64,000 nucleotides of DNA from Octopus sinensis (lineage: Eukaryota): contig NC_043000.1 in NCBI RefSeq assembly GCF_006345805.1, forward strand, positions 140,864,001 through 140,928,000, given 5' to 3'. Both the position numbers and the translations under genes were made by a program. This document shows positions 1 to 11,964 of this stretch, piece by piece. Position 1 is the stretch's first letter; each line of letters begins with the position of its first letter. The notes beneath the pieces were generated by a model. That model searched no databases. It saw nothing but the letters and a program-made list of their open reading frames with translations, and was not told where the DNA came from.

Positions 1-6
1 ATATTA

Positions 7-43
<37 letters not shown>

Positions 44-104
44 CACATATGTATATATATATACATATATATATACATATATATATATATATACATATAT
101 ATAC

Positions 105-137
<33 letters not shown>

Positions 138-144
138 CTTACAC

Positions 145-213
<69 letters not shown>

Positions 214-376
214 CACATATATACACATACATATATATATATATATACACATATATACACATATATATATACATATATATATACACATATATAATACATA
301 TATATATATACACATATATACACATATATATATATATATACATATATATATAATACATATATACACATATATATAC

Positions 377-409
<33 letters not shown>
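7..409. repeat. Compound (TA)n/(TACA)n microsatellite
   Basis: Almost pure tatatata/tacacata; produces the spurious I/Y/H ORFs 7..294 and 139..378. Confidence 0.97.
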
Positions 410-1095
410 CTAGCAGTAATACCCGTCGTTCATCGGATAATTACTTTTACTCTTTCTCAGGAGTCACATTCAAAGTATTATTATATATAAATAGATTTCT
501 CAACGGGATTTCAGGGGAGAGTTTCAGGTAGTCGCTGGCGATGTATCGTGATGATCAAAATCCAGCCTGCTAAAATTTGGTTAAAGTGATTCAACTGCAG
601 ACTCATGCAAAATGGTCACATTTAATTCAAAGCATTAAAAATGTTATGAAAACAATTGGTATGTGTTCACAAAGTCCAAACAATTAATACAAAAAAACCC
701 CTCCATGCTACGTCCTGAAAATTCATTTCTTTGCCGAATTTCTACAATGTTTACGGCGATTCGTTTTTATATCTTGATTTTTTATTTTCATGCAATTTAC
801 GTATGCTTGCATGCGTGGTGAACACAGTTCACGTCAAACAGCTGACTGAGTAAAGTTCACTATTCAATGCATGGGATAAGACCTAAACAAACACATTATC
901 GATTTTTTCACGTGCGAGATGAATTTCGGAAAAGAAATAGCGCAGTTCAATTTTCATTTGCCAAAACTTCAAGTGACCCATTTTTGGTGGTTTTTACGAT
1001 TTGTTGGCTAGAAGGAGATGTGCCGGGAAGTTAAACACACAGGCACACACACAGATACACACACAGACACACAAGTTGAGTTTTATATATATAGA
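410..1095 (-). mobile_element. Non-autonomous Helitron-like element
   Basis: Minus strand begins TCTATATATATAAAACTCAACTTGTGTGTCTG (5' TC) and ends ...GACGGGTATTACTGCTAG (3' CTAG), inserted between A and T in (TA)n. No ORF. Confidence 0.7.
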
Positions 1096-1179
1096 TATAT
1101 ATATATGTAGATAGATAGATATAGAGATATATAGATAGATAGATACAGATGAATATAGTACTTAAGTTGAGGCACCAAA

Positions 1180-1372
1180 ATTTAGTACGCTATTATCTAT
1201 ACAATTTCAAAGTAAGGTGATTAAGATCAAAATAAGCAACAAGGATATCCAGAGGTAATGCAGTGCGATCGCTTCATGTAACTCCATTTAATTGAACAAT
1301 GAAATCATTACATCAATTTAAAATGCAGAGCAATCTTTAGCTGCACAAAGACATAGAATTTAATTAAATTAT
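1180..1372 (-). mobile_element. PLE pseudo-LTR-like repeat with a decayed hammerhead (1259-1345)
   Basis: Closely similar to 47235-47420 and its inverted partner 47450-47595. Minus strand reads TGCAG CTAAAGA ... GAAG CGATCG CA CTGCA, i.e. three core substitutions against the 47.5 kb copy. Confidence 0.65.
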
Positions 1373-1579
1373 AACAGATGGACACATTAGTATAATTATA
1401 CCTAAAATCTCCAAGAAGTTAAGGAGATAGATAAAGAACATGTAGTCTTTACTTCAGCATAGAATTTAACTCAAACAGCCACACAGAAGCATTAACTTCA
1501 TGAAACATTTGGAACTGAGAGCAGCAAGCCACAACATGTTTCATTGGTGAGATGCTCTCCAGAATGAAGTAGTTTGATA

Positions 1580-1639
1580 AAACATTATCACGTGATTTCG
1601 AAATTCGATCAACAGGAATTTGTTCCTCATCAGACGTTT
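1580..1639 (-). ncRNA. Type-I hammerhead ribozyme, intact core
   Basis: Minus strand: AAACGT CTGATGA GGAA-(19 nt)-TTTC GAAA TCACGTGA T A ATGTTT. Stem I 6 bp, stem II 4 bp, palindromic stem III, AUA cleavage triplet. Confidence 0.7.
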
Positions 1640-2019
1640 CTACAATTACTCCAGGTTAAAAGAGATAGCCTGTCTCCTATTTGTTCACGAGAAAAAAGAA
1701 CATTGAAAAGCAAGCACTAAAATTCAAAATGGTTAAAGTGTATAGTAACATACAATAAGATTTAGCAATATTTTAAAATATTAAGACATATTAGATACAT
1801 TATAATATACCAATTAAAAACAAAAAAGGAAAATTAATAAATGAGGGTGCAAAATAACACCGACAATTGCTAGAAATGATAGCTAAATTTTAACTTGAAT
1901 AGCCACACAAAAGCACTAACCTCGTGAAATATTTTGGGTTGTAAGCTGCAAGCCACAGGTTTACATTTTTTATTAATCGATATTTTTATGTTTCAGGTTC
2001 TAAATATGACTGTTTTATC

Positions 2020-2225
2020 GTGCCACATACAAAAGAAACCTTGGAACTGTTCAAATCTCAAAGAGGCTGTATTGTGGGTCAATCTGATGGTGGACTTTGA
2101 GTAAAATTACAGAAAATCTTGAGATCCCACCTTCTACAATTAACAGAATAGTTGTGCAATTCACCAGAGATGGGTAAGAGTCCAGGTCAACCAGAGCCCT
2201 CTGACAGGACTCTTCACTTCGTTAA
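2020..2225 (+). pseudogene. Tc1-family transposase N-terminal (HTH) remnant
   Basis: Hand translation with one frameshift/stop: VPHTKETLELFKSQRGCIVGQSDGGL / KITENLEIPPSTINRIVVQFTRDG, the typical Tc1 paired-type HTH start. Confidence 0.65.
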
Positions 2226-2259
2226 CAGGATAATCTTAATAGAAGGTACTGGGTGTGTT

Positions 2260-2830
2260 TTTATATGCCACCATCACTGGTAGGGCCACTCCATAACACA
2301 GACAAAGATCCCATAACTAGGGAGAGGAGGTTGTTGTATTGAAGAAAGTGGCTTTGTGTTAGTTGATGAGAGGTTGATGTATAATAGAGGAAAAGAGATA
2401 GGTGTCTTGCTGCAGAAGAGATACATGGTTACTCCATTTGAAAAAGAAAAGAAAGAAAGTGGGAAAGTTATAGAGGATAACAGAAGAGAGACAGATTGTA
2501 GTGATAGAAGATCAGAGAGATGTTAAGGATGGAGTTTAGCTGAAGGCACAAAAAGGTGGTGATTGGTTAAAATAGTGGGCAGAGAAGATAATGAGAAATG
2601 GATTGCTTCTGGAAGGGAGAGGAAGGCAAGGAAAAGGTAGAGGATGTAGTATTTCCTTTTCTACTCTCAGCGAACAATAGCAGCAGAGTAGTGCCATAGA
2701 TAGAGAAGCAATGAAAGTTAGGTGATGAAAACTGGGTGAAATGACTGGCAAGGTTAAGAGCACGGTGGTGGGACAGGGCCTGTTTGTGTAAGCATTAGCA
2801 AAAAAGGTTTTGAAATATCCTCTTTGTTGT
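2260..2830 (-). pseudogene. Degenerate Penelope-like element ORF remnant
   Basis: ORF 2536..2853 contains QQRGYFKTFFANAY...PFLII, resembling the RGYP....A region that follows the RT in PLEs; heavily decayed. Confidence 0.35.
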
Positions 2831-2831
2831 G

Positions 2832-3360
2832 TTAGCTGAGTCTTCACAAGCATAACAAATCATCTCAATCCTTTGCATTTTTCCCTTAAGTTTCAACACC
2901 TTGAGATCAACCTTCACTTCTTCATCACATGAATAATGATTATGTTGATTGCTGATGTAGTTTAAATTCAGGGACTCCCCCGCCGCCCACTTCCTTCAGA
3001 TGTATGTTTATAATATGTGGTGATTCATTGGTGTAAAGGGACATTGAGACACCATGGTATTATTTGCTGCTTTGCTTAAAATCAATAGAAACTTAGATAC
3101 TTTACATTACAACAATTAATTACTTATTTAATCATTATACTAAACCTTTTATAAAGAATTAGCTGAGTCTTCACAAGCATAACGAATCATCTCAATCCTT
3201 TGCATTTTTCCCCCTAAGTTTCAACACCTTGAGATCAACCTTCACTTCTTCATCACATGAATAATGAATATGTTGATTGCTGATGTATGTTCATAATATG
3301 TGGTGATTCATTGCTGTAAAGGGACATTGAGACACCGTGGTACTATTTGCTGCTTTGCTT
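2832..3360 (+). repeat. Local direct duplication (~200 bp unit, copies 2832-3077 and 3159-3360)
   Basis: Both copies run ttagctgagtcttcacaagcataac...tatttgctgctttgctt; copy 1 has an extra 45 bp at 2960-3004. Confidence 0.9.
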
Positions 3361-3786
3361 GCATTTCATGAATTATTCGAAGCAAATATCCACTTGTAAT
3401 TTCTTTGCTGATTGTAATCTTGTTAGATTCATTGATTCAGAGAAAGCTTTGACTGAGAAATGACACATTATCTAAAGAGAGCTGAACTCCAATGGGGAAA
3501 TACATCAGTGATCAATATATTCACGTTTGAATCTGTCAGATCACGTTGGTAATACTTAAATACATTATTGCTTGTATTCTCACTGTTTTGTGTACATCTC
3601 ATGAACTTTATACATGCATATGCAAGCACACATATATTTATGTATATATAACAAAGAATATGCACAGAGAGATTTGTTTCTTTGTTAAAGATCTCACATT
3701 ATAATGCCAACATTTGTTTCAATTGCATTAACATATACATATGAATATATACACATGAATGTACACACACACACATATATATATAT

Positions 3787-3857
3787 AGGCGAGCTGGCGG
3801 AAACGTTAGCACACCGGGCGAAATGTCTAGCGGTATTTCGTCTGCTGTTACATTTAA
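3787..3857 (+). mobile_element. SINE family B, 5' fragment
   Basis: ggcgagctggcggaaacgttagcacaccgggcgaaatg head, cut off by a family C copy. Confidence 0.8.
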
Positions 3858-3860
3858 AGG

Positions 3861-4148
3861 TGGAGGCGTAATGGCCCAGTGGTTAGGGCAGCGGACTCGT
3901 AGTCGTAGGATCGCGGTTTCGATTCCCAGACTGGGCGTTGTGAGTGTTTATTGAGCGAAAGCACCTAAAAAGCTCCACGATGCTCCTGCAGGGGGTAGTG
4001 ATCCCTGCTGTACTCTTTCACCACACTTTCTCCCACTCTTTCTCCTGTTGGCCTGCTCGCTTAGCCAGCAGGGTGGTGTCATTTAGAGGCTAAAACAATG
4101 TGAATGCATTGTGACCAGCGATGTGTAACAACATCTGATGGTCTGGTG
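3861..4148 (+). mobile_element. tRNA-derived SINE family C
   Basis: Head ggaggcgtaatggcccagtggttagggcagcggactcg...gtttcgattcccag with A/B-box-like motifs; matches 11580 and 31892 copies. Confidence 0.85.
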
Positions 4149-4165
4149 GGAAAAAGAAAAAGAAA

Positions 4166-4212
<47 letters not shown>

Positions 4213-4789
4213 ATATTATTGAAATTAATATTAATATCCTCAAAAATATATGTTAATGTAACATCACCAAGGCTATCCAAAATTAATGCAATTCAAACTG
4301 AACATCTGAAATATTACTAGCTTATAAATGTTAACAAAAATAAGAATGCCTAAATCGAATTAATCCTATGACATTCTTTCATTCAACTAATGGTGACATC
4401 ATTGGATAACGAAAATTTGTGTGTCTTTCCTTACTAACGGTCAGCCATTAGTAAGGAGAGACACACAAATAAGAAAGAAGAAAGCAAAGGACCACTGATG
4501 AGGTCACAGGAGTGTGACAAAAGAACTCTGGCCGAAATAAGATTAAGATTAATGTAAAAAATGAATAACGCTGAAGCAAAGTAACACCAAATATATAGTG
4601 CGTATGTTTTTATTGGCTAAACTGGCAAAATGACCATTCCTAAATACAACAACATCTGTTTCAACACACGATTTCACATCAAAAATCTTGCAAAACAAAT
4701 ATATAAACATATGAATAATTATTATAATTAAAAAGTGAAAATGTTTTATTGAATGCAGAGTTTTGAGGTCCAAACATTTGTTTTTAAAT

Positions 4790-5030
4790 CAGCAGTAATT
4801 CTCTTTAATGACACGTGTTTTGTTACAAGTGCCATTGTAAGATATGTTTTCATCCACTCCTAGATACCTGTAACATTCCTCATCAGCTATAGAGGATACA
4901 GTCAAATTATTGATGGAGATGTTGCTAGTCTGGTTTATAGTTTTCCCCATTTTCACAACCATATAACAACATTTGTCCTGACCAAACTCCAACTCCACAT
5001 TCTCTAAATCGTTATTCTAAGTTTTTCATT
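4790..5030 (-). pseudogene. Non-LTR retrotransposon RT fragment (R4/Dong-like)
   Basis: ORF 4789..4998 MELEFGQDKCCY...CYRYLGVDE resembles the GMEFGLDKC...YKYLG RT C-terminal motifs. Confidence 0.55.
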
Positions 5031-5813
5031 TCCAATGGTCAGCTGATTAAAAAAAACAGACCTTAAGACATCCCATGAATGTGTTGGAATGACTACACAA
5101 GGTTTATTTGATAAGGTGAAAACAATTGAATTGTTTTGGCTAATATTACAATTGTTTTCAACAAATTTAGAGAAAAGATAGGAAAGGCAAAATGAGAAGA
5201 ATAAGAAAAATGTGTTGCCTATCTATAGGGAAAACATACATTACATAAATGAATGCGTAACAAAAAGTTATAAAGAATAGAATGCTTAGTAACTGTAAAT
5301 AAAGAGGAAAAAATATAGCTTTAAGCATGTGGATTTTAACATGCATGAAAAATAATTCAAGATACAAAGATATAAGGAAAGGCAATCTCTAAAATATGTA
5401 GCAAGTGTGTGATCAAAGACAGCAGGGTTGAATCCAATTGCTCTAACTCATGAAAGGGATGTACTATTAAAAGGTAAATATTTAAAAGAAAACATTTAGT
5501 GAAATACCAACAGGATGTTAATATTTCTGATTTTTCATTCCATTCATGAGAAGTTTGAAATAAAATTAAAATATCTCCCGTTAGCGCAGTTTACAATGCA
5601 GCTTCAAGTGGAAGGTTTCATTTTAATAACCAATAAATAGATAGATAAAAACATTTTATTTTAAATGCAATTATGCTAGATCTTTTCAAAGAACCAAATA
5701 TACTTGAACAAACTTGAATTTTTTTCTGGATGCTTGATAGTATGAATATTCCAGTAAAAGTGCATCGTAAATATATTTTCATAAATTTATGAAATTTTCA
5801 TCAAATTATTTTC

Positions 5814-6218
5814 AGGCGCAGGAGTGGCTGTGTGGTAAGTAGCTTGTTTACCAACCACATGGTTCCGGGTTCAGTCCCACTGCATGGCACCTTGGGCAAG
5901 TGTCTTCTACTATAGCCTCGGGCCGACCAAAGCCTTGTGAGTGGATTTGGAAGATGGAAACTGAAAGAAGCCCATCGTATATATATATATATATATATGT
6001 ATGTGCATGTATGTTTGTGTGTCTGTGTTTGTCCCCCTAGCATTGCTTTACAACCGATGCTGGTGTGTTTATGTCCCCGTCACTTAGCGGTTCGGCAAAA
6101 GAGACCAATAGAATAAGTGCTGAGCTTACAAAAAATATGTCCCGGGGTCGAGTTGCTCGATTAAAGGCGGTGCACCAGCATGGCCGCAGTCAAAATGACT
6201 GAAACAAGTAAAAAGAGT
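5814..6218 (+). mobile_element. tRNA-derived SINE family A, full length, with internal (TA)n/(TG)n
   Basis: aggcgcaggagtggctgtgtggtaag...ggttcagtccc head and ...gactgaaacaagtaaaaagagt tail; near-identical to 28642, 30889, 39782 and 49457 copies. Confidence 0.9.
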
Positions 6219-6367
6219 TAAAAAAAAATTTTTGAAAGAGATATAATTACTTTTTTTTTTTCAAATGCCTTCCACTTAAAATAACTAATAATGAAGATGA
6301 GACACAGTAAGCAGTAGCGATAAAAATACAGGTATGTACTGTGACCTTCTTTGTAGATATTGATGCG

Positions 6368-6690
6368 TGAGGGCGCGTGGCTTAGTGGTTAGGGCATTCG
6401 GCTCATGATCGTAAGGTTGTGAGTTCGATTCCCGGCGACGCGTTGTGTCCTTGAGCAAGACACTTTATTTCACGTTGCTCCAGTCCACTCAGCTGGCAAA
6501 AATGAGTTGTACTTGTATTTCAAAGGGTCAGCCTTGTCACTCTCTGTGTCACGCTGATTATCCCCGAGAACTACGTTAAGGGTACACGTGTCTGTGGAAT
6601 GCTCAGCCATTTGCACGTTAATTTCACGAGCAAGCTGTTCCGTTGATCGTATCAGCTGGGACCCTCGTCGTCGTAACCGGCGGAGTCTTT
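6368..6690 (+). mobile_element. tRNA-derived SINE family D (3' half shared with family C)
   Basis: gagggcgcgtggcttagtggttaggg...gagttcgattcccggc head; tail ...gaccctcgtcgtcgtaaccggcggagtc matches 11930-11960. Confidence 0.85.
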
Positions 6691-7446
6691 AAGATATTGA
6701 TGCAGGAGAGATCTTCTTTAGACAATATGTATTTACAAACATCATGGGGCTATGAAAGATGTCAACAGACTATCAAACATGTTTTTATTTTGTTTTTATT
6801 TTATTTTGTTTAACATTTATTTCACTATGTTGTGTAATGTTGTGTAATATATTTCTTTTATTTCTCTTATTTTTGAATGGTTTTCGGTCATGCAGTTGTG
6901 GTCATGCTGCGGCACCACTGTGACTTTCTACTCTTTCCACAGACCTCGATTTCTTCTTCATGGTGGGAGTCATATCGCCACTCTTTATATAACAGGACAC
7001 TGGTAAATGTACTCCATCAGCATCAGACATGGATTTGTTGTTCATAGTCCAATAAGGAATGTGGTTTTCAAATTAGCGTGCCCCTATTTAATTAAATCTT
7101 GATTGATAAAGCATTGCACATATCAGTAAATTTATTACTTGTTGAAATAGAGAAATGACTGTTGTTAGTGAAATCGGTGTCCACTGATGAAACATGAAAA
7201 TGCATAAAAACAAATCCTACAATCTAACAACATTATTCATAACCCAGTGGTTTATACAGATATTAGTATTAAAGAGAATTTCTCTCCCATAACAGTTTCC
7301 ACAGTAAAGGTCACTTTACATTTGAGTGTTCATGGACGTGTGAAATATAATTGTACACACCAATATTTTAAGCATCTCAAGTTAGTGTGCCTCTAAATAA
7401 GTGATTCCAGCAAAACAAAATTTTTCACACAGGAAAAATTTATTAT

Positions 7447-7662
7447 GTTGTGTCTGGGGAGAGTCATTTTCTTTTAGTGCCTTATTATGTAACACACTCA
7501 CCGGTAAAATTTCCACTTATTTCTTATTTTCATTTTCCTAAAATTTTCGTTGCATCTTGCAACCTTTTCAAGACTATTAAAAATAAGAAATAAGTGGAAA
7601 TTTTACCGGTGAGTGTGTTACATTATAAAGCACAAAAAAAAATGACTCTCCCCAGACACAAC
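7447..7662. mobile_element. Short fold-back element with ~85 bp inverted arms
   Basis: gttgtgtctggggagagtcatttt...ttatttcttatttt (7447-7530) is the reverse complement of aaaataagaaataag...ccccagacacaac (7580-7662). Confidence 0.85.
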
Positions 7663-8161
7663 AGAATATGCTTCAACACACGAACTCATATAAAGAATCT
7701 TGCAAACCAAATCCCAAAACGAAAAAATATATTATTTATTGTTCAAATATTTTAAACAAGACGGTTCTTAGAGAGCTATGGATGATGGATTCAGTGTCTG
7801 TAGTTGATGATGTGTATCACTGATGTATATTCCTATGGTCAGAGGATATCATTCATAGTCAGTGGTTTGTTACCATGAACATTATCAATAAGAAGAATTC
7901 CTCTTCTAAGACAACATCCGTATTGAAAGTCTATATATGTTTGAGTGTACATGAACTTGTTAAATATAACTGTATTCAGCTAAAAATAATTTGTTTGAAA
8001 GGCAAATTGTTGAGATTATATTTCTAACTGTAACATAAGAAATATAATACACCATGTAAGATGTTGTGAAGGATTTTGCTATCCTAAAACTTACATAGGA
8101 GAGAAAGAACGAATATTTAAGTCAGCATTGGAACAACTCAATTCAAAAGGAACCAATAACC

Positions 8162-8760
8162 ATATCATCATCATCATTTAACGTCCGTTTTCTATCCTGG
8201 CATGAGTTGAATGGTTTGACTTAAAACTGGTAAGCTAGGGAGCTGCACCAGGTTCCAATCTGATCTGACAAAATTTCTACAGCTAGATGCCCTTCCTAAT
8301 ACCAACCAGTCCAAGTTTGTAGTGAGTGCTTTTATCATGCCACCAGCGTGGATGCCAGTTACAAAACACCAGCATTGGCCATCACTGTGATCTCACTTGG
8401 CTTGGCAGGTTTTCTCAGGCATGTTTTATTGCCAAAGGTCTCTGTCACTTGTCACTGCCTCTATGAGGTTCAAACCTCAAAGGGTGTTTTTTTATGTGTC
8501 ACTGGCATGGGTCCCAGTTATGCAACACTGGCATCAATCATGACTACAATTTCACTTGGTTTGATGAGTCTTCTCAAGCACACCATATCATCCAATGTCC
8601 TAAGGGTCCTTTTTATGTGCCACTAGCACTGGCATCAGCCACGACTTCAATTTCACTTGGCTTGATAGGTTTTGTCATGCATGATGTATCACCAAAGGTC
8701 TCGGTCACTTGTCATTGCCTCTGAAACCCAACATTTAACAATCATCCTTCATCACCTCAT
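8162..8760 (-). mobile_element. Repeat family E (GAT-tailed non-autonomous retroelement) with internal repeated units
   Basis: catcatcatcatttaacgtccg...gatgcccttcctaataccaacc, the reverse complement of the 20250-20402 tail. Confidence 0.75.
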
Positions 8761-8764
8761 CACA

Positions 8765-8930
8765 TGTGTTCCTGGGTTTACCTCTTCCACAAGTTCCCTC
8801 TACTGTGCTTCTTCACACAGTTGTCCTCATCCATATGCATCACATGACCATACCAGTGCAGTCGTCTCTCTTGCATACCACATCTGATGCCACTTATGCC
8901 CACCTTTTCTCTCAAGATGCTTACACTCTG
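8765..8930 (-). pseudogene. RTE-clade LINE 3' ORF remnant
   Basis: LREKVGISGIRCGMQERRLHWYGHVMHMDEDNCVKK matches the RRLRWYGHV.R motif of RTE elements. Confidence 0.75.
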
Positions 8931-9124
8931 TGATGCATGCATACTGAAGCATACTAGCTTCATTTCTTTATGTATAAATGTGAGTGTGTATGTGTGTGTA
9001 TATAGGTATATGTGTGCATCTAGTCAGAGTTTATTTTTGCATCACTTAAAACTGATGTTGTTCTGGAGTCAATATAGTAACCGTGCTCTGAAAGCAGTTG
9101 TAAATACCAGACCATGATTAGAAA

Positions 9125-9320
9125 GTATTTATTTCTTTATTACACATAGGGGGCTAAACAGAGGGGACAAACAAGGACAAACAAAGGGTTTTAGTCGACT
9201 ACATCGACCCCAGTGCATAACTGGTACTTATTTAAAGGATGAAAGGCAAAGTCGACCTCAGTGGAATTTGAACTCAGACTGTAACTGCAGACGAAATACC
9301 GCTACGCATTTCGCCGCCTT
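9125..9320 (-). mobile_element. SINE family B
   Basis: Reverse complement of ...ctgagttcaaattccactgaggtcgactttgcctttcatcc... Confidence 0.85.
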
Positions 9321-10334
9321 GATTAGAAAGTATTAATGACAACAAACAAATGCACTACTTGCATTTTATGAAATTTAAGGGCACTAAGCATCCTGCCTCT
9401 CAGATCTCAACTACGTCAACAATTGCAACAAAAATATCTTGTAAGCTGAACAATTGTGATGAGGAGTGTGTCCCTTATGTTTCCCCCATGCAAACTGAAA
9501 AAGTGCTTCATCCATTGCTTGTAATTTTCTGCATACAACTAATGAAATGGGTGTCAGGATATATAAAGGAACTGGTAAAAAGTTACAAACTATCATCAGC
9601 TATGATGCAAATTAAATGTACTCCATGTACTTGAGCAAATTCTGGAGCAGAGAGGGAAGGAGAAGACAGGTAAACTCCTTGCAATATGTGATGTTCATCA
9701 ATGTTACACCCAGACGTGAAATAGCCATGAATTTAGCAAAGTGCTACATGAAAGATTAAAATCAATGAAGCAGTAAAAACAGGTCTATCCACCATTTTAC
9801 TACTCTATAAGTCATGCTCATTTGTGAAAACAGCTTACTCTAAGAGCAAGTGCTGACTGTTCTCAACTAATTGACAGATAAACTGCAAAACTAATGGGAT
9901 GCATGAAAGAAGGGCAATTTATTAACACCACCATGACTAATATAGGAGAAATAGTCTATAATTTAAGTGAAAGAGTTGCAGAACACTGGCTAGAATACGA
10001 TGAGAAGAAGCAAATATCTTTCCTCTGTCAGCATACTGTATGTAACATAGCGTTTGAATAATAAATGCTGAAGTAAAACTTCTATCCAGACATTGAAAAT
10101 GCTTAATCTATTTTGCTTTGTTAATGTTATAGACTACGTTCGCAAATGTTACAATATACTTAGCTAGGCATTCGTTTATGTGGACTTAGAAATTTAATGC
10201 AGCAAATTATGAGCTCTAATATAATTGGTTATTTGTCATGCCTGTGAAGTGTAGCATGATGTACACATTTCATAACACACACACACATGCATGCTCACAC
10301 ACACACACATATATATGTATTCATTTATATAAAT

Positions 10335-10580
10335 AGGCACAGGCATTGCTGTGCGGTAAGAAGTTTGTTTTCCAAACATATGGTTCTGGGTTCAGTCCCA
10401 CTGTATGGCAGAATGGGTAAATGTCTTCTACTATAGCCTCAGACAGACCAGAGGCTTGTGAGTAGATTTGGTTGATGGAAACTGAAAGAAGCCTGTCATG
10501 TGTTTGTGTGTGTAACTTTGTATCTTTGTTTGTCTCCCCATCATAGCCATAGTCTAAAGACTGAAACAGGTAAAAGAGAA
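10335..10580 (+). mobile_element. SINE family A, degenerate
   Basis: ggcacaggcattgctgtgcggtaag...ggttcagtcccactg. Confidence 0.8.
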
Positions 10581-10849
10581 AAGATATACGTATAGATGTA
10601 AGTATATATATATATATCAAAAAGGATCAAAAGTCCTACCAGATTCTGTGGTGTATATACTCTCACTCTGGGCAGAACACTGACCCACTGCAGGATTACC
10701 CATTTCTTCAAGTAGAGTGGACTGGAGCAATATGAAATGGAGTGATTTACACAGAAAACACAATGCATCATCTGATCTCGGAATCAAAATTTTTATCTTA
10801 CAATCATAAGTGCAACACCCTTGCCATTAAGCCATACAGCTCCACACAG

Positions 10850-11070
10850 ATGGTGAACTGGCAGAATCGTTAGCACGCCGGGCGAAATGCGTAGCCGTAT
10901 TACGTCTGCCATTATGGTCAGAGTTCAAATTCCGCTGAGGTCGACTTTGCCTTTCATCCTTTTGCGGTCGATCAAATAAGTACTAGTTACGCACTGGGGT
11001 CGATATAATCGACTTAATCCATTTGTCTGTCCTTGTGTGTCCCCTCTGTATTTAGCCCATTGTGGGTAAT
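10850..11070 (+). mobile_element. SINE family B
   Basis: ggtgaactggcagaatcgttagcacgccgggcgaaatg...ggtaataaaga. Confidence 0.88.
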
Positions 11071-11169
11071 AAAGATATATATATTTCTTTTATGTTTGAA
11101 TGTATTTCAGCCATGCAGTTGTGGTCATGCTACGGGCACCACTCTGACTTTCTACTCTTTCCATGAGAG

Positions 11170-11420
11170 CTCAAAATCTCTCATGGAAGCCTCATCCAAC
11201 CAAAGTACAAATATATGGGAAATTACCACCTGTATCATCTCTTGTGAAAGGTAGAAGAGTTCAGTTTGTTGGACATCGTTGTAGAGCTGAAAACGAGGTA
11301 ATTTCTAGCCATCTGTTCACGATACCAGAGGGTGCACACTCTCCTACCCTGATGTAATCTCCAGGGATACAGGCATCCAGCAACAGGACCTCCGTAATGC
11401 TATGATGGACCATGAGGTCT
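11170..11420 (+). pseudogene. RTE-like LINE 3' remnant
   Basis: KLPPVSSLVKGRRVQFVGHRCRAENEVIS resembles the RRL.FAGH..R motif. Confidence 0.55.
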
Positions 11421-11579
11421 GGCGTAACATAGTAAATTCCATTGTCTCGACCACGGTCGAACAATGATGATGATGACTCTTTCCACAGACCTCCATTTCT
11501 TCTTCATGGTGGGATTCATATCTCCACTCTTTTATGTGTTTTTTCATTAGTTTTAGCTCACTGGGTGTACAAGGAAATC

Positions 11580-11960
11580 AGGAGGCGCAATGGCCCAGTG
11601 GTTAGGGCAGCGGATTCGTGGTCATAGGATCGCGGTTTCGATTCCCAGACCGGGCGTTGTGAGTGTTTATTGAGCGGAAACACCTAAAGCTCCACGATGC
11701 TCCGGCAGGGGATGGTGGTGATCCCTGCTGTACTCTTTCACCACAACTTTCTCTCACTCTTACTTCCTGTTTCTGTTGTACCTGTATTTCAATGGGCCGG
11801 CCTTGTCACTGTCTGTGTCACACTGAATATCCCCGAGAACTACGTTAAGGGTGCACGTGTCTTTGGAGTGCTCAGCCACTTACACGCTAATTTCACGAGC
11901 AGGCTGTTCCGTTGATTCGGATCAACCAGAACCCTCGTTGTCGTAACCGATGGAGTGCTT
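11580..11960 (+). mobile_element. SINE family C, full length
   Basis: ggaggcgcaatggcccagtggttagggcagcgg...gtcgtaaccgatggagtgcttcca; reverse complement of 31506-31892. Confidence 0.9.
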
Positions 11961-11964
11961 CCAT

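Noticed and set aside
7-378. ORFs made of I/Y/H/T/C/V residues here and at 45448-45691 and 52551-52872
   Set aside because: Translations of dinucleotide microsatellites.
9900-10080. Possible GIY-YIG endonuclease fragment (NIGEIVYNLSERVAEH) and PLE-like remnants at 7000-7990, 22850-23560 and 50990-51310
   Set aside because: Too decayed to call with confidence by eye, so not listed as features.
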